Below, piece by piece: positions 1 to 12,105 of a stretch of 64,000 nucleotides of DNA. Origin of the DNA: Negaprion brevirostris (Eukaryota); assembly GCA_030324005.1 (NCBI GenBank), contig JARDVH010000132.1, positions 76,386,490 to 76,450,489 on the forward strand. The letters are read 5' to 3'. The translations under genes were made by a program, and so were the position numbers. The number at the start of each line of letters is the position of its first letter. Within the stretch, counting starts at the first letter, position 1. The notes beneath the pieces were generated by a model. That model was given only the letters and a program-made list of their open reading frames with translations. It was not told the origin of the DNA and did not search any database.

Positions 1-2555
1 AAATTAAAAATAGACCCCTCCCCCCCCTGTAGTCACTGTACGGAAGTGGAAGTGCTACTAGAGCTTAGGAAATCCAGCTTGGAACATTAACTTGAATTTT
101 AATTTAGGGCACGAATTGCGTAGCTAGGGACTTAGAAGGCAGAAAGAATCGGTGGCATGGTCAACTTGAAGCTGAGGACAGTTTATTTTCTGGGTTTCAT
201 TAATATTTGAAGGATGAATTATGCTCCCATTTGCTGACCAGTTCAGACATCCTTTCCACATGACCAATATATGATTTATAGTGTGTTTCCTAACTGTTCC
301 TAAAGCGTGTATTTTTCTATGAAGACCTATGAAGGTCATAGATAGTGTCATAGAATTTTATAACACAAAAAGGGGCCCCATGGCCCATCATGTCTGCATC
401 TGCCATTAAGCACCAATCTATTCTAATCCGATTTTCCAGGTCTGTAGAAAAGGGGCACTTTTTGACTACAAAGGCAATTTGAATGGTTTGCCCTCTTGCA
501 TGCCTCTTGAGGTCTTAATGAAGGATATGAGCGACAGGAAGCAGATACACTTCTGGAATTGATGAGCGTAAGGCAGCTGCCCACAAGACAGCAGTCTTTT
601 GCCAGTCCTGCTCCAACCACTAAAGCAGAATCTCATAGGAAAAATAAAAGTAGGAAATCTCCTTCAAAGAAACCACTATGATTTGAACACTTTTGATGAG
701 AAGTGAACAGATGACATTTCTTTGNNNNNNNATTAAATATAGCACTTTTATCACATTTGATGGTTTGGTCTCAAGGATAGCTTAACAGCAGCTTCTGAAT
801 TTGCACTGCCAGAGTGTCATTGGTATCGAAGTTACCCAAATACTATTAATGCATGATGTAGTAAGTGAAGAAGAACATGGTAACAAGGATTGTTAGAGAG
901 AAGGGCTAACTTCTCAGGGAAGGGATGTAAGAAGTTCAGCTAATTTGATGACCAATTAAATTATTCCTCATTTCTGTTTGCAAGATACTACTGCAGATTT
1001 CTTTTCTTTGCTGCTTCCTCTGAGCAGTCTTATTGTGGAATCTAAAGAAATACCGGTTTTCTTTTGGCTTCAACTGGATCTATGCTCAGGAAAGGTGGGG
1101 TTGTACTGGGTTGTTGTCAGCCAGTTCTGCAGGGTGAATCTCCAGTTACCCAGGAACCATTCTGTCATGCTTCTTTCAGGGTCAAATAGTGGAAGCATGA
1201 TGGTGTGTCTGAATATAAAAGTGTCATAAAACCTCTCTGAATTCAAACGTTATTTCACAGAACCTGTTTCCTGTCTACACATTTATTTTCCACTTCCTCA
1301 AGTTTCTCCCTTCACCTCTTTCACTCTTCACTAACTTCAGAAAAATTAAGGAACACATTTGAAGTATTTACAACCTTTGCAAAGACTGAACTAATTTTAG
1401 ATGCCGATAACTTCAATTGGTTGCAAGTCTTTTCATGCTGATTGCAGCCATTTAAGGAACAATGACCATTCAGTGTCCTACTCCTCTTTCTTTACTTGGC
1501 GAATCCTCAGTGCAAGGTCTAATATAAGCTGGGAGTTTGCGGTTCAGAAACACCAAGGATTGCCTTGAGAAATCTATTGTGTTTGACGCACGTGACTTCA
1601 ATGAGTATTAGGCGTGCTGCACGCCAGGACATTCATTTGGAGCATGCCCATTAGATTCTCAATTGTTGGATTCCAAAATTACATTTTCAATATTTAGAAT
1701 TCCCATAGGTGACAGTTTGTGAGGAGACATAGTACTGGTTTTTATTTCACAAATTTAGAGAAAATATCAGTTTTCAATATGCCCTAAAGAACCTTCTGCC
1801 AGCAGCTTTTCTGACATTAGCATGAGATTGCACCTCTCATGGTGCACATTCTGTCATGGTGCAGCTAACCTTCCCCGGTTTTTAAACAGTTGTAGGTAGT
1901 TGCTCGCATTTGTGCAAAGTAACCTCACTTCAGAATTTGCAACAATGCTGAATTAGATTTATTTATCTTGAGTATGTATAATCTGATCAACCAAACTGTT
2001 TTGTTAACATAGGGACAAATAATTATTTTTGTAAATTGTCGTCAGTCGTATTTTTGACAGGAACAACTGTACATTTATCCTTTTGCTGTTGTTCTGAGCT
2101 AAAATGTTAAAACTCAGTAGTGTATTATGTGCTACAAGAAAAGACAATATCAGAAAAACATAAAACAAAGATAGCGGAATATTTTAAAGACTGAAATCAG
2201 AGTGTGTTTTGTTAGTGGGTTTGATATGGGCCTTAATTATTCAGTATATTGAATATAGTGTAAAAGGCAAGAACCATCTCGTGAAAGCTACTCCCTTGCT
2301 CTGGCCCCGTTGGACAGCTGAGAAGGTATTATTTTGGCACAGAATTCTCATTCTCTTGAGGTTGTGTTGCGAGACTGTTTTTGATTTATTCACTTTCAGT
2401 GCAGTGTATATTAATGGAGGAAGAACCCAGATACGAACAGACTTGAAATAAAGTGGATCTGTCATAACAGAATGGAAAAGTAAATGACCCCCTCATATTT
2501 TTAGAAAATCAGGGCTGTGCTAGTCCAGGGTACATGCACATTCATGTTGGCAGCA

Positions 2556-2765
2556 GGAAGGGACTTAGGAACAGGAGCAGGCAACTCAGCAATTGAACCT
2601 GATAACCATTCAGTCAGATTATGGCTGATCTGTACCTCAACTGCATTTATTCACCCTTGATCCATATGCATCAATTACCCTCACCTAACAAAAATCCATT
2701 GATCTCCATATGGACAATTTCAATTGACACACAACCTAGTCTACTGGGGAAGAGATTTGAACTAC
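2556..2765 (-). mobile_element. CR1/HER1-like LINE 3' end fragment
   Basis: Plus strand reads aggaacaggagcaggc...ccattcagtcagattatggctgatctg, the reverse complement of the CR1 3' tail seen at 7320-7410. Confidence 0.7.
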
Positions 2766-2776
2766 CTTTTTTATTT

Positions 2777-3172
2777 GGAGATAGTGGCATAGTGGTAATT
2801 TTGTAGACAAGTGATCCAGATGTTTGGGCTAATGCTCTGGGGGCATAGGTTCAAATCCCACAATGGCAGCTTGTGGAATTTAAGTTAAGTTAATGAAGTC
2901 TGGAATCTAAAGCTAGTCTCAGGAATGGTGATCATGAAAATATAAACAATTGTTGGAAAACCCATTTGCTTTACTGGTATCCCTTAGGAAAGGAAATCTG
3001 CCATTGTTACCAGTCTGGCCTACATGTGATTTCAGACCCACAGTAATGTGGTTTACTCTTGACTACAGACTCAAATGGCCCAGCAAGCTACCCAGTGCAA
3101 GAGCAATTAAGGATGGACAACAAATACTGATCTTGCCAGCAATGCCCATCTCTAATGATAGAACAAAATAAA
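2777..3172 (+). mobile_element. tRNA-derived SINE, family B (non-HE1)
   Basis: A box-like tggcatagtgg and B box-like ggttcaaatcc; body aggaaatctgcc...ggcctacatgtga; A-rich end; related copies at 10.3, 24.4, 50.5 and 51.9 kb. Confidence 0.85.
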
Positions 3173-3441
3173 ATTGAGATTACGCTGTCTTCTGGAATCT
3201 CCGACTAGAGGAAAAGGTTTTTTCTGCATATACTATATCAAGTCCTGAACAAGCTAAACATCACCATGACTCTGTGGAACATTATTAGCTTTCCGATTAT
3301 TTTTATACCTATGCACTAACTTTTACTGATTTATATGCAATTGTATACCTTCTGTTCCTCCATAGCACCTATTCTCTGACTATTTAAGAAATATTCTGAT
3401 TTCTCATATTTAAATCCAAAGTTCCCTGCAATCACTTAATA

Positions 3442-3587
3442 GGGGTGAAATGTGTTTTAGGTAGCTGTGCAAACTAGATAATAGTAAATTGCAGTCTGTT
3501 TTACATTAGAAAGGAAGTTAGACATGGTGTAAAACGAGATGATGAAATTCTATTTTTGCAGTACTGCTCAAAACCAATTTCATTCCC
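3442..3587. mobile_element. short palindromic MITE
   Basis: Ends ggggtgaaat / aatttcattccc; similar element at 46630-46749. Confidence 0.5.
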
Positions 3588-4194
3588 AATTCATCCATGT
3601 TCCCTTGCAACTTCCGACTTCCACATACATTCCTTACTCTGCTTCCTGGCTTGGTGTCATCTGCAAACTAGGATGTACAAATCTCTATTTATTCATCTAG
3701 ATCATTTATATATATATTGTAGGAGGGTGATTGAGAGCCGTAACATCAACAACAGTCTAATGAGCACTTTACCGTGAGTAAGGATATAGTTCCTGTAAGA
3801 GCCTCCCCTTTAAAAATAACTGCACCTGGAGTGGGAAGAGGTTGACCTCAGTCAAGTGAGCACTAATGGGAAGGTTATGGGAAAGTGAGATTTAAGTGAA
3901 AGGCCAGTTGACTTAAATGATGTGTGATAATGCCCTGTGTAATAGTAAAAACAAATGTTTGAAATTTGGATTGATCGAGAACTTCTGGTTATAAAAGAAA
4001 GAAGGCTCCAATATGAACACTTGCCCTAGTATATATCCCTAGGGAATATCATAGGCTGGATTTTCACCTTTGAGGCAGGAATCAGGGGTCAGACCATTTC
4101 CTGATGTTGTGATTCCACCTCTGAGTGGCCTTGTCCACCGATCATGCTGTAGAATCAATGGCTGGCTGGAGTTGGGCCGCCTCCTCCCAAAGTG

Positions 4195-4474
4195 TGAGTT
4201 TATTTATTAGTGTTACATTAACACTGCAATGAAATTACTGTGAAAATCTCCTAGTTGCCACACTCCAGCACCTGATCAGGTAAACTGAGGAAGAACTTAG
4301 CATGGCCAATGCACCTAACAGGCATGTCTTTCTGTGGGAGAAAACTGGAACACCCGGAGGAAACCCATGTAAACATAAGAAGAATGTGCAGACCCCACAC
4401 GAACAGTGACCCAAGCCGGGAATAGAACCCAGGTTCCTGGTGCTGTGAGGCAACAGCACTAACCACTGTGCCAC
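4195..4474 (-). mobile_element. HE1-like V-SINE, alternative-tail subtype
   Basis: Minus strand head gtggcacagtggttagtgctgttgcctcacagc and V-domain gggtttcctccgggtgttccag; tail ttttcacagtaatttcattgcagtgttaatg. Confidence 0.85.
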
Positions 4475-6499
4475 GCAGATGCAATTGGAAGGCAGAAATA
4501 GTGACAGATGAGGAGGCAGGTCGATTCCATTGTGGTACCAATAAGGAGCTCACGTCTGTTGTCATCTTAGTGCTGCAAGAAGTGGAGTCATCAGCGGAGG
4601 TAGTCAGACGCAGTTGTCTGAACTTTGACTCGTGAGTGCATGCTGTCATTGCTGGCTAAGACAGAGTTNNNNNNNNNNTGAAAAGACCCTCAGTGTGCTC
4701 CTGAGTCATTTCATGATCCATTGCTGTTCTGATCTGCTGTATGGGAGGCTAGCTCTAAGACGTTTGCTAGCTCAGCCTTTCCCTGCTCTCCCCTGCAAGT
4801 GGCTACTCTCTCCCATTTGAACTTGCAGCAGATGATGGCATAACTCTACAAGTGGGCACACAACCCAGCTCAGACGTTGCTACCCACATTCAGAGCTGAA
4901 TTCTACAGTCCTTCATTTCTCCCCTCTTCCTGCAACATGAAGGCCAGGCACTGAGCAATCCCCCGTCTACTCCCAGCCTTACTTCATACCATGGCACATG
5001 TGCCCCTCAAGAACATGTAGTTGCAGGTTTCTGCACAGTGTCAGCACATGTCACCCTGCGCTTGTATAGCAACAGTGAGGCCACCAAGGCCCTAAATGGT
5101 AAACCCATTGCTGATTTGTCAGACCCTAAAATGTAATCCCTTTTTTATAATGTAATTCTGACAAGCTAATAATGAACTACACACTGTCCCAATGAAAATA
5201 TCTCTCCCTTCCCTACCCCCATCTGCCTCTTGTTCTTAAATTTTGCTATCAGTGAGCACTGACTTTTATTTTCCCATTAACAGATTGTGATATTTATCCT
5301 TGTGTACCTACTTGCACCTTCACTTGCCATTAACAGTTCTTCTGGCTTGTGACCTGCTCATTTTTGTTGCAGTCCTTCCTAGCTCCCACCAATCACTGAC
5401 ATTCTGCTCCACCCATCTTGCACAGTTTTTAAACCATCACACTTCACTCTCTCTTTAATTCTGAAGCAGAATCACGTGGTCAGAATATTGGCCAATATTC
5501 TCTTGGCAGATACAAAGCCAGTGGGGCTTTCAAATTGGAGACTCCAAACAATTTTTACGCCAGTGGAATTTCCCATTCCAATTGTACCCCCCCACCCCCA
5601 CCAGTGATGCAAGTGTATTCCTGCCATGAAAGATCAGGAACCCCATTACCATATNNNNNNNNNNNNNNNNNNNNNNNNNNNNNNNNNNNNNNNNNNNNNN
5701 NNNNNNNNNNNNNNNNNNNNNNNNNNNNNNNNNNNNNNNNNNNNNNNNNNNNNNNNNNNNNNNNNNNNNNNNNNNNNNNNNNNNNNNNNNNNNNNNNNNN
5801 NNNNNNNNNNNNNNNNNNNNNNNNNNNNNNNNNNNNNNNNNNNNNNNNNNNNNNNNNNNNNNNNNNNNNNNNNNNNNNNNNNNNNNNNNNNNNNNNNNNN
5901 NNNNNNNNNNNNNNNNNNNNNNNNNNNNNNNNNNNNNNNNNNNNNNNNNNNNNNNNNNNNNNNNNNNNNNNNNNNNNNNNNNNNNNNNNNNNNNNNNNNN
6001 NNNNNNNNNNNNNNNNNNNNNNNNNNNNNNNNNNNNNNNNNNNNNNNNNNNNNNNNATTCCTCCTCTCACCTGCCCACCCCTGCCAAAATGATGCCAATT
6101 TGGGGGTGGTTGTGGAGAGGGGGAGCGGGGGGCTTACAACAGGTCCTAACAAATGGAGACCTGGCAAAGAGAACCCACCACATATGTACAGGTAAGTACA
6201 GCTGCTGGTAGGGAAAGGGTCACACATGAGCAGCACCCTCTGTGTCTGGGCACTGCCATTTCACTACCCCATTGCATAATCCCCAGAGGGGAGTTTCTGT
6301 TGGGGAGGTCCGTGGCAGATGGGGTGGGGGTATGGGAGTTCCCCGTATCCATGGGTGAAGGTTCTCCATGTCTGTGGGTGAGGAGGGGATGTTCGTGGGG
6401 AGGGGGGAGACATGGTTCTGGGAGTTCCCTGTGTCCATGGTGTTGGCAATATGTCCATCAGCACAGGGGGATGGAGGGGAAAGATCCTGGGGGAGGGTC

Positions 6500-6610
6500 T
6501 CCATGTCATGCAATCTCCAGTGAAACTTCAAACTGGAGGGACACTTCATCTCCTGATTAGACATGTTACCACCCTTAGGACTTAACATTGAGTTCAACAA
6601 CTTTAGACTG
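6500..6610 (+). mobile_element. Penelope-like element ORF C-terminal fragment
   Basis: Translates to ...KLEGHFIS*LDMLPPLGLNIEFNNF, matching the typical end of the PLE GIY-YIG domain (KLEEQHLIFRLGTLQPxGLNIEF). Confidence 0.65.
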
Positions 6611-6624
6611 TGATGGAATTATGG

Positions 6625-7410
6625 AATGCGCCCCAGAGTTCTGAAAGAAATGGCAGAAGTAATAGCAGATGCCTTAGTAATTATTTGTGAAAATTTGCTG
6701 GACTCTGGGGAAGTGTCGGAGGATTGGAAAACAGCTAATGTTACGCCACTGTTTAAAAGAGGTAGCAGACAAAAGGCAGGGAATTATAGGCCGGTTAGCT
6801 TAACGTCCGTAGTTGTAAAAATGCTAGAATCCGTCATCAAAGAAGAAATAGCAAGACACCTAGAAAAGAACGGTTTGATCAAGCAGACGCAGCNNNNNNN
6901 NNNNNNNNNNNNNNNNNNNNNNNNNNNNNNNNNNNNNNNNNNNNNNNNNNNNNNNNNNNNNNNNNNNNNNNNNNNNNNNNNNNNNNNNNNNNNNNNNNNN
7001 NNNNNNNNNNNNNNNNNNNNNNNNNNNNNNNNNNNNNNNNNNNNNNNNNNNNNNNNNNNNNNNNNNNNNNNNNNNNNNNNNNNNNNNNNNNNNNNNNNNN
7101 NNNNNNNNNNNNNNNNNNNNNNNNNNNNNNNNNNNNNNNNNNNNNNNNNNNNNNNNNNNNNNNNNNNNNNNNNAAAGGGTGGTGAATCTCTGGAATTCTC
7201 TGCCCATTGAAGTGGTGGAGGCTACCTCGTTGAATATATTTAAGTCATGGATAGATAGGTTTCTGACAGATAAGGGAATTAAGGGTTATGGGGAGAAAGC
7301 GGGAAAGTGGAACTGATCCACTTCAAATCAGCCATGATCTTGTTGAATGGCGGGGCAGGTTTGAGGGGCTAGATGGCCTACTCCTGCTCCTATTTCTTAT
7401 GTTCTTATGT
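6625..7410 (+). mobile_element. CR1/HER1-like LINE, RT start to 3' end, middle in gap
   Basis: ORF 6626: PRVLKEMAEVIADAL...DWKTANVTPLFKRG...GNYRPVSLTSVV; 3' tail gatggcctactcctgctcctatttcttatgttcttatg. Confidence 0.95.
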
Positions 7411-7947
7411 GATCTTTCTCCTCCATCTTGACACTTTCTTTATATCCAAAAAAATGTTTTTGTTCCAATGCAAACCACACCCACCTAACCCCTCCACCTA
7501 CCCCCTCTGCCTATCCTCATTTAGCCAGTGCCAGATGGCTAAAAATGAAAGCAGCCATGACAACCAGCCCCATTGTTCATCAAACGTCCTGGTCCAGGCA
7601 GTCTGCAATCATAGGGACATACAATTCCAGTCAGGCTACAAGTGTCCCTCATCATGATGGCATAGATGGTCAGCACCTTAGGGGAGCACTGACAGGCATG
7701 TGTGCAAGGATACAAGCAGTTCAATGACTTGCCATGTTGTGGCTAGATGAATGACGCTTCCACCTATAGGCTGAATCCCAAACATCCCACCCACCCTGCA
7801 ACACCTATCTAACACAATTTTAGAGTAAATTAACTGATTTGTACAATGGTTTGCATTTACATTAAATTATCACTCTATGTACAAAGTTCATCAAGTTCTT
7901 ACTGAAGCCTGTCTGCAGCCAGTAGATCTGCTATATGTTTATTATAC

Positions 7948-8385
7948 CTACATGCACCTGTGTTGGGCCTCTGTCTGAGGATTCTCAATGGGGGTGAGAA
8001 ACCATCTTCTCAGAGGGGAGCCCTTGTCACCTAGCATCCATTTGCACATGTGGATGTGAGGTAGGAAGTGGGCAAAGTGTTTGATGATGGAGTTAAAGCA
8101 GCCTTGACTCATGGAGTACAAATGCATCATGGCAGTCCCCTGAAAAACATGGACTGATGACCAAAAGGTTTTTTCTGCTGTACGCAGCTGTATATTTATT
8201 GAATGATACCTCTTGTAGTTAGGTCTGTCCGTCAGTGTCTTGATGGTACAGTCAATGATGCCCTGCACCTGGAGGAAGCTGGCTATAAATGTGAAACTCA
8301 TTGTCTTCTGTGCTTGTGACACCTCATTTTTGGAGAAGATGATGTAGTCAGCCACCCTTAGAAAGAGGGCATCTGTGACTGTTCC
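7948..8385 (-). mobile_element. PIF/Harbinger transposase pseudogene fragment
   Basis: FLQVQGIIDCT, YHSINIQL and WMLGDKGSPLRRWFLTP...QTEAQ correspond to the Harbinger/HARBI1-type DDE motifs GxIDGTH, SxNVQ and LGDxGYP. Confidence 0.85.
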
Positions 8386-10290
8386 TTTTATCCATACTCT
8401 CCTGTCTTTTATTTCCCAAATAATTAACGATTGCTACTGAAAGCCTACCTACACCTATAAATGCTTTTAGTTTTGCTGATAGCCTCATGCTTGGAACTTT
8501 ATTAAATCCTTTTAGAGTCCGTATTAATAATATTCACTAAATATTCCCATCCATCATTTTAGTATCCTCAGAAGAATTCCGTTAGATTAGCTGGACATGA
8601 CTGTCTTTCATGAATTCATAATCACTCTCTATTAAGCAGTTCATACCTGGCCAAGTAATGAATCATTCTGGCACTGCCTTCTCTTTCCTTCTGAAACAAA
8701 AAGGATAAATTCATCATTCTTATAGATACTTAATCAAATTTGATTTTATTAAAAGAATTGTTTTTCAGAGCCTAGCAAGTTTCTTAAAATATATTGCTTA
8801 TGAATCAGCAATAAAATACTCCATATCAAAAGACAGATTTTTTTAGAATTCAAAGTTGACTTATCACACATTAAAGGAGACTAATGCTAATAGAATGTAT
8901 AATGCACTATTCATTGTAGAGTAGAACTTCTCAACTCAATACAGAATAAACAAGCTTTTCTGATGACTCTCAGTATTTTTTAAGGCAAGCCCTTTTTTCC
9001 TTCGTTCCTGCGCATATGAAGATTAAGGCCCTGAACTGTAATTTTACTATAATTTGGGCAGGAGTGTGGCAGAAGATCTGCAAGTTAATTCAGGACCTTC
9101 CTAAACTAAATTCTGGCCTATGTTGAAAGTTTTCTCAGGGATGTGTTTGGAGCTAGCAAATATTCCCATATATCCCAGATTTCCTGCCTATTTTCCTCAG
9201 AGATTCCAGTATTAAACCTTGTGCCTGAACTCTTCAGAAGGGAGCACGAAGCAAGACAAAGAAGGCAGAAAAGTATATGACTGGACTTCTGTCCAGCCAC
9301 AGTCAGACTGTGCCAGGACTGACCATATAGATGCCACCCATCTTCTTTTCCACAGATGTTCTATATTACTTGTCTTAGTTCACTGTACTGCTCTGTGTTT
9401 TAAATGTTCCCTCTGATCTGGTGGATTCTTGTTGTGGTTCTTGGTTACTGGTGTCCATGACCTATCTTCCCTTAGACAAACTGCAGCTGTACTCTGGCAC
9501 TTGCTTCAAACAGGTTTGTTAATATTGCTTCTAAACAGGTTACAGAGTTGGCATGTTGCTCGTGAGCATCATGAGCTTCAACCTTTCTTTCATGACAGCC
9601 TGGCACATGACTGATTTAGGAACTTTTCAACATAAGCCATTATTTGGTTTAGCAAAGTCTTAGAATAACTTGCAGGCCTTCTGCCATTCTCTCCAATTTA
9701 TAGCAGAATTATATAGTGGAAGATTTCAATGATACAGCATCACCTACTTCATGTATTAAGCTATCCATTCTGTTAACCCTCCCACTACAATTACCAGCCC
9801 TAGAAAACCCAGTGACGTCAAGATGATGTTACGCCCATTCCATTTTTCCACATATATGTGACCACAATTTCTCTGGTTCTCATGATACTGTTGTACACTT
9901 TGAAATTCTAGGAAACTTAGTCACTGTAATAGGCATGTCACAGCCATTAACTGAGTCACAAAAAGAACAAAATACTGACTAGTTAAACAGAACTGAATTT
10001 GAAGATCAAAGTGATTGTTGGCTGAAGGATGTAAGTCTATTTTTCAATAAAATTATTTGAAAGATGACTGTTATTGATAGCAAGTAGATCAGTTCTGTGA
10101 ATTAATTTTGGTTAAAGTAATTTTAAATTCATTTAACAGATCCCTCATTGAGAAAATAAACAAATGTCTTGTGATCAGTGACTGAAATAAGACCGGTTTT
10201 AGTAGTTTTTGAATGATCAAGATTTGGCTCTGGAACTACGCAGACTTTACTTGATAAAATAGATGAACTTCAGTCAAGTTCTATTCAATA

Positions 10291-11043
10291 GGGGAGGTGA
10301 TGGTCCAGCAGCATTACCATCAGACTATTAATCCAGAAACTTGGCTAATGTTCTGTGGGCCTGAGTTCAAATCCTGCCACGGCAGGTAATGGAATTTGAA
10401 TTCAATAAAAAAAAATTAAGAATCTACTGATGATTACGAAATGATTTTCGATTGTTGGAAATAAAACCCGTCTGATACATTAATATCCTTTAGGGAAGGA
10501 AATATGCCACCCTTACTTGATCTGGCCTAAAAGGTGGCACAGTAGCACAGTGGTAGGATGGCACGGTAGCATAGTGGTTAGCACTGCTGCTTCACAGCTC
10601 CACAGACCTGGGTTTGATTCCCGGCTTGGGTCATTTCTGTGTGGAGTTTGCACGTTCTCCTCGTGTTTGCGTGGGTTTCCTCCCAGTGCTCTGGTTTCCT
10701 CCCACAGTCCGAAGATGTGTGGGTTAGGTTGATTGGCCATGCTAAAATTTGCCCCTTAGAATCCTTAGGTGCATAGGTTAAAGAGACTAGTGAGTAAGTA
10801 TGTACGGATATAGGGGTAGGGCCTGGGTGGGATTGTGGTCAGTGCAGACTCGATGGGCCAAATGGCCTTTTTCTGCACTGTAGGGTTTCTATGATTCTAT
10901 GTGAGTCTAAATCTATAGCATGTGGTTGACTGTCAAATGCCTCCTGAAATGGACTAGCAAGCCACTCAGTTCAGGGGCGACTATGGATGGGCAATAAATA
11001 CTGGCCAGCTTGCATCACCCTTGTCCCGTGAATTAATAAAAAA
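10291..11043 (+). mobile_element. SINE family B copy interrupted by an HE1 SINE
   Basis: Head at 10291-10530 ending ...tctggccta; resumes tgtgagtcta...aaatggactagcaagccactcagttc at about 10900. Confidence 0.85.
10558..10902 (+). mobile_element. HE1 V-SINE with HER1-type tail
   Basis: ggcacggtagcatagtggttagcactgctgc head; tail gcagactcgatgggccaaatggcc...ttctatgattctatg. Confidence 0.92.
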
Positions 11044-11244
11044 TACTAGTACATGACTAAGAGAATTATATTCTATTGAAAAAGCTGCTAGTATGTCAGG
11101 TAGTTGGAAATGTGTTAATCTTCCCTCTTGTAATTGCCGCAATATTGAAATATCTATTCAAAGGATCTCTTTTCATTGCTGGTCTGCATTGGTTCATGTT
11201 CATTCTATTAGTACATAGGCCCAAGACAAACATAACAATGGTTA

Positions 11245-11530
11245 GGGTGGCATGGTAACACAGTTGTTAGCACTGCTGCCTCACAATGCCAGGGACCCGG
11301 GCTTGATTCTGTCCGTATGGAGTTTGCACTACTCTTGTCTGCTTGCGTTTCTTCCGGGTGTTCCGATTTCCTACCATAGTTCAAAGATGTGTGTGAGTTA
11401 GGTGGATTAGCCATGGTAAATGTTACCGGGATAGGGTGGAGGGGAGGACCTGGGTAGGATGCTCTTTTGAAGAGTCGGTGCAGACTCAATGGACTGATTG
11501 GCCTCCTTCTGCACTGTAGGGATTGTATTG
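11245..11530 (+). mobile_element. HE1 V-SINE
   Basis: Same head, V-domain and tail as 10558-10902. Confidence 0.9.
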
Positions 11531-11814
11531 TCCTTGGTAAATCACACTTCAAGATTGTAGTGAAATTTGTGACTGGATTTTACTCCAAATCAAATGTCAG
11601 AAAATTGGGTGGGTTCCCTTTTAGACCAGCCTGATTTCCCGCTGTGCATTGTGTTCAAAAAATCCAAGTCACCTGGAAGCTAACACAAGAACGTTAACTA
11701 TCAAGTATCAGATATGAGGCCATTAGGTTTCAGTCATCACAGAAAAAATAATTAAACTGTGGAATATGATTCCAAATCAGTAAAATATTCATAAATCCAA
11801 TATAATGAAAACAA

Positions 11815-12105
11815 GTGAAGGCAAAATACTCTGGATTCCAGAAATCTGAAATGTGTACTGTTAATGGTAGAAGCACTCACCAAGTCAAGCTGCAACTGTG
11901 AAGAGAGAAATAGGAAAGGAGTAGAATTATAACAGGTTTTAAGCAAGCACAGAGGCAGGGAATGGGAAGAAAGAACAAAGGAAAATTAATTGATGTGATT
12001 GGAGAGATCAATTGATGGTGCAAGACAAAATGAGGTAATAATTGAAATGAGTCATTAGCAGCACTTGCTGTCTGAAAATGGGAGCAATGGTTACAATCTC
12101 AAGAA
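11815..12105 (-). mobile_element. Penelope-like 3' terminal region, degraded
   Basis: gcaaaatactctggattccagaaatctgaaat... resembles the PLE ends at 34715 and 43765. Confidence 0.45.

Noticed and set aside
5535-6236. Long ORFs of 170-320 aa here and at 29.1, 40.7 and 45.4 kb
   Set aside because: They are open only because they run through N gaps.
9120-9830. Possible Gypsy RT relic on the minus strand (RMDSLIHEVGDA)
   Set aside because: Only one weak motif; too degraded to support a call.
9912-10030. Exon-like segment ending in GTAAGT
   Set aside because: Stops in all frames from the better acceptor; no recognisable product.
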